Below are positions 62,837-64,000 of a DNA stretch of 64,000 nucleotides, one piece after another; position 1 is the first letter of the stretch, and every line of letters begins with the position of its first letter. The notes below the pieces were generated by a model. It did no database searches. It saw nothing but the letters and a program-made list of their open reading frames with translations, and was not told where the DNA came from. The stretch covers positions 124,001-188,000 of the IMG/VR virus record IMGVR_UViG_3300015265_000001; one strand, 5' to 3'. The translations under genes and the position numbers were made by a program.

Positions 62837-63316
62837 ATGCACTTGATGTCTGAAGACGCGTTCCGGCGTCTCAAGGAACGTTGGGATAAATGCGTTGAGC
62901 GTATCAACGATCCCAAAATGGTCGACGTGGAGATTACCCTCTCCATGTTGTTACTCAACAAACTTGACGAACTGGTCACGATCTTCTCCTGCCAGGGTCA
63001 CCCCACTCCTCAAAAGCCACGAGCTGTTGGCTCCATGATGTTTGGGGTGCGAGATCCTAAAGCAGTCTACCGTTTTTACGAACTGCTTAAAGAAACCCTC
63101 GAGACCGAAAAACAGGCGGTTAGTCTGGTACTGCAATATAAGAAAGATATTACATTGCGAGGTACCCCTAACCAACCCTGGTACCCGGTCTGGATTGTAC
63201 GCTGGCAGATTCTTCATGAGACCGCCGCGGAGACGTGGCTTAAAGTCAACAACGCAGCGGTTCAAGTAGCCGCAGAATTCAAAGGGGAAGGTCATGTCAG
63301 CAATCAAGCAGGATAA
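62837..63316 (+). CDS. TYW3-like (tRNA methyltransferase fold) protein
   Basis: VDVEITLSMLLLNKLDELVTIFSCQGH resembles the TYW3 N-terminal D.xI..LL..IN.....T.SSCSGR motif (recalled). Confidence 0.5.
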   Translation: MHLMSEDAFRRLKERWDKCVERINDPKMVDVEITLSMLLLNKLDELVTIFSCQGHPTPQKPRAVGSMMFGVRDPKAVYRFYELLKETLETEKQAVSLVLQYKKDITLRGTPNQPWYPVWIVRWQILHETAAETWLKVNNAAVQVAAEFKGEGHVSNQAG

Positions 63317-63455
63317 CACGATTCCAATGCCAACCGATCCGATGTGGTGCCTGGCTCGTAAACCGCCGGGTATCCGCAAGCAGATCCGTCCTCGTCAACC
63401 TGTACCTCTGGCCGACCCTGCTAAGGCTCAGGAAGACAAAGGTCTTTACCTCTAG
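63294..63455 (+). CDS. 53-aa Pro/basic peptide, not in ORF track
   Basis: GGGGAAGG RBS; fills the gap. Confidence 0.5.
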   Translation: MSAIKQDNTIPMPTDPMWCLARKPPGIRKQIRPRQPVPLADPAKAQEDKGLYL

Positions 63456-63464
63456 GAGATAGTC

Positions 63465-63677
63465 ATGAACAAAGAAGTAGAAGAAGTGCTACAGACCGTT
63501 GTCGAGGAGAAAGCTAAGCAAGTGCTCGTCCTTGGCGTTGGTATCGCGGCTGGTGCTATCAGGGCGATGGTTAGCGACGTTAAGCTTCGTGCTATGGCTA
63601 TCGAGGCTAAAGCCACTACCGTCCGCCGGCCCTCCTCTTACGCAAGAAAGGCCAAGAAAGGTCGTAAAAGTACTTAG
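63465..63677 (+). CDS. Small protein, hydrophobic core and basic tail
   Basis: 70 aa, AGGAG RBS. Confidence 0.55.
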   Translation: MNKEVEEVLQTVVEEKAKQVLVLGVGIAAGAIRAMVSDVKLRAMAIEAKATTVRRPSSYARKAKKGRKST

Positions 63678-63687
63678 GGGAATAATA

Positions 63688-63906
63688 ATGAGTAAAGAAA
63701 TCAGCGAAATCGTTGCATCGATCGGGTCTCAGCAACACGAAGACATGAGCAAGAACATCCTCTTGGTTGGTACTCATCAGGGTGCCAGTATGGTGATGGC
63801 TAACCTGGTTAAAGGTATCAAGGGAACCTTTACCGAAGCAGTTACCAAATTTTCTGCTCGCCCACAACGCTCATATCCACAAAAGAAAAAGAAGGGCCGT
63901 AGTTAA
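63688..63906 (+). CDS. Small protein with basic tail
   Basis: 72 aa from ATG 63688; AGGGG RBS. Confidence 0.55.
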   Translation: MSKEISEIVASIGSQQHEDMSKNILLVGTHQGASMVMANLVKGIKGTFTEAVTKFSARPQRSYPQKKKKGRS

Positions 63907-64000
63907 TGAAAATTTACGTTATTGGTTTTATCGCTTTTGTCTACGTGTTCTGGTATCACAGACTGTACGTTCCTGCGCATCTCGAATACATGAGAAAGAA
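63906..64000 (+). CDS. Partial membrane protein running off the window
   Basis: TAATG coupling; MKIYVIGFIAFVYVFWYHR... Confidence 0.45.
   Translation, partial: MKIYVIGFIAFVYVFWYHRLYVPAHLEYMRK

Noticed and set aside
52541-63906. Acb2/Tad1-type sponge proteins among the small ORFs
   Set aside because: No ORF matched the sequence patterns I recall; a profile search would be required.
1-64000. tRNA, rRNA, CRISPR arrays, transposases, integrases, inteins, introns, DGR
   Set aside because: No cloverleaf, repeat-spacer array, DDE/tyrosine recombinase or reverse transcriptase motifs seen by eye, and core enzymes have uninterrupted normal lengths. A tRNAscan-SE run would be needed to exclude tRNAs.

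Overview
This is a 64-kb segment of a phiKZ-related (Chimalliviridae-type) jumbo myophage genome. The assignment rests on gene content and order recalled from phiKZ-like phages, not on a database search. Positions 1-42.2 kb are mostly core genes: a virion/baseplate block, DnaB-like helicase, major capsid protein, a probable non-virion RNAP beta-subunit fragment, portal, a RuvC-like resolvase, holin and spanin candidates, three long paralogous tail proteins, a baseplate spike and SbcC. A small accessory island interrupts the core at 14.6-16.9 kb. Positions 42.2-50.4 kb hold nucleic-acid and nucleotide enzymes: two small nucleotidyltransferase-fold proteins, NAD+ ligase, RNase H, a DHH phosphoesterase and an Acb1-like 2H phosphoesterase. 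Positions 50.4-64 kb are a dense early accessory region with paralog families and a TYW3-like protein. I saw no tRNA, rRNA, CRISPR array or mobile element. The best leads are: (1) two homologous glycine-zipper membrane genes 36 kb apart sharing a 44-bp extended promoter; (2) a GNRA-capped three-way-junction RNA at 4418-4495; (3) a possible counter-defence enzyme set (Acb1-like, DHH, active and degenerate NTases, TYW3-like).
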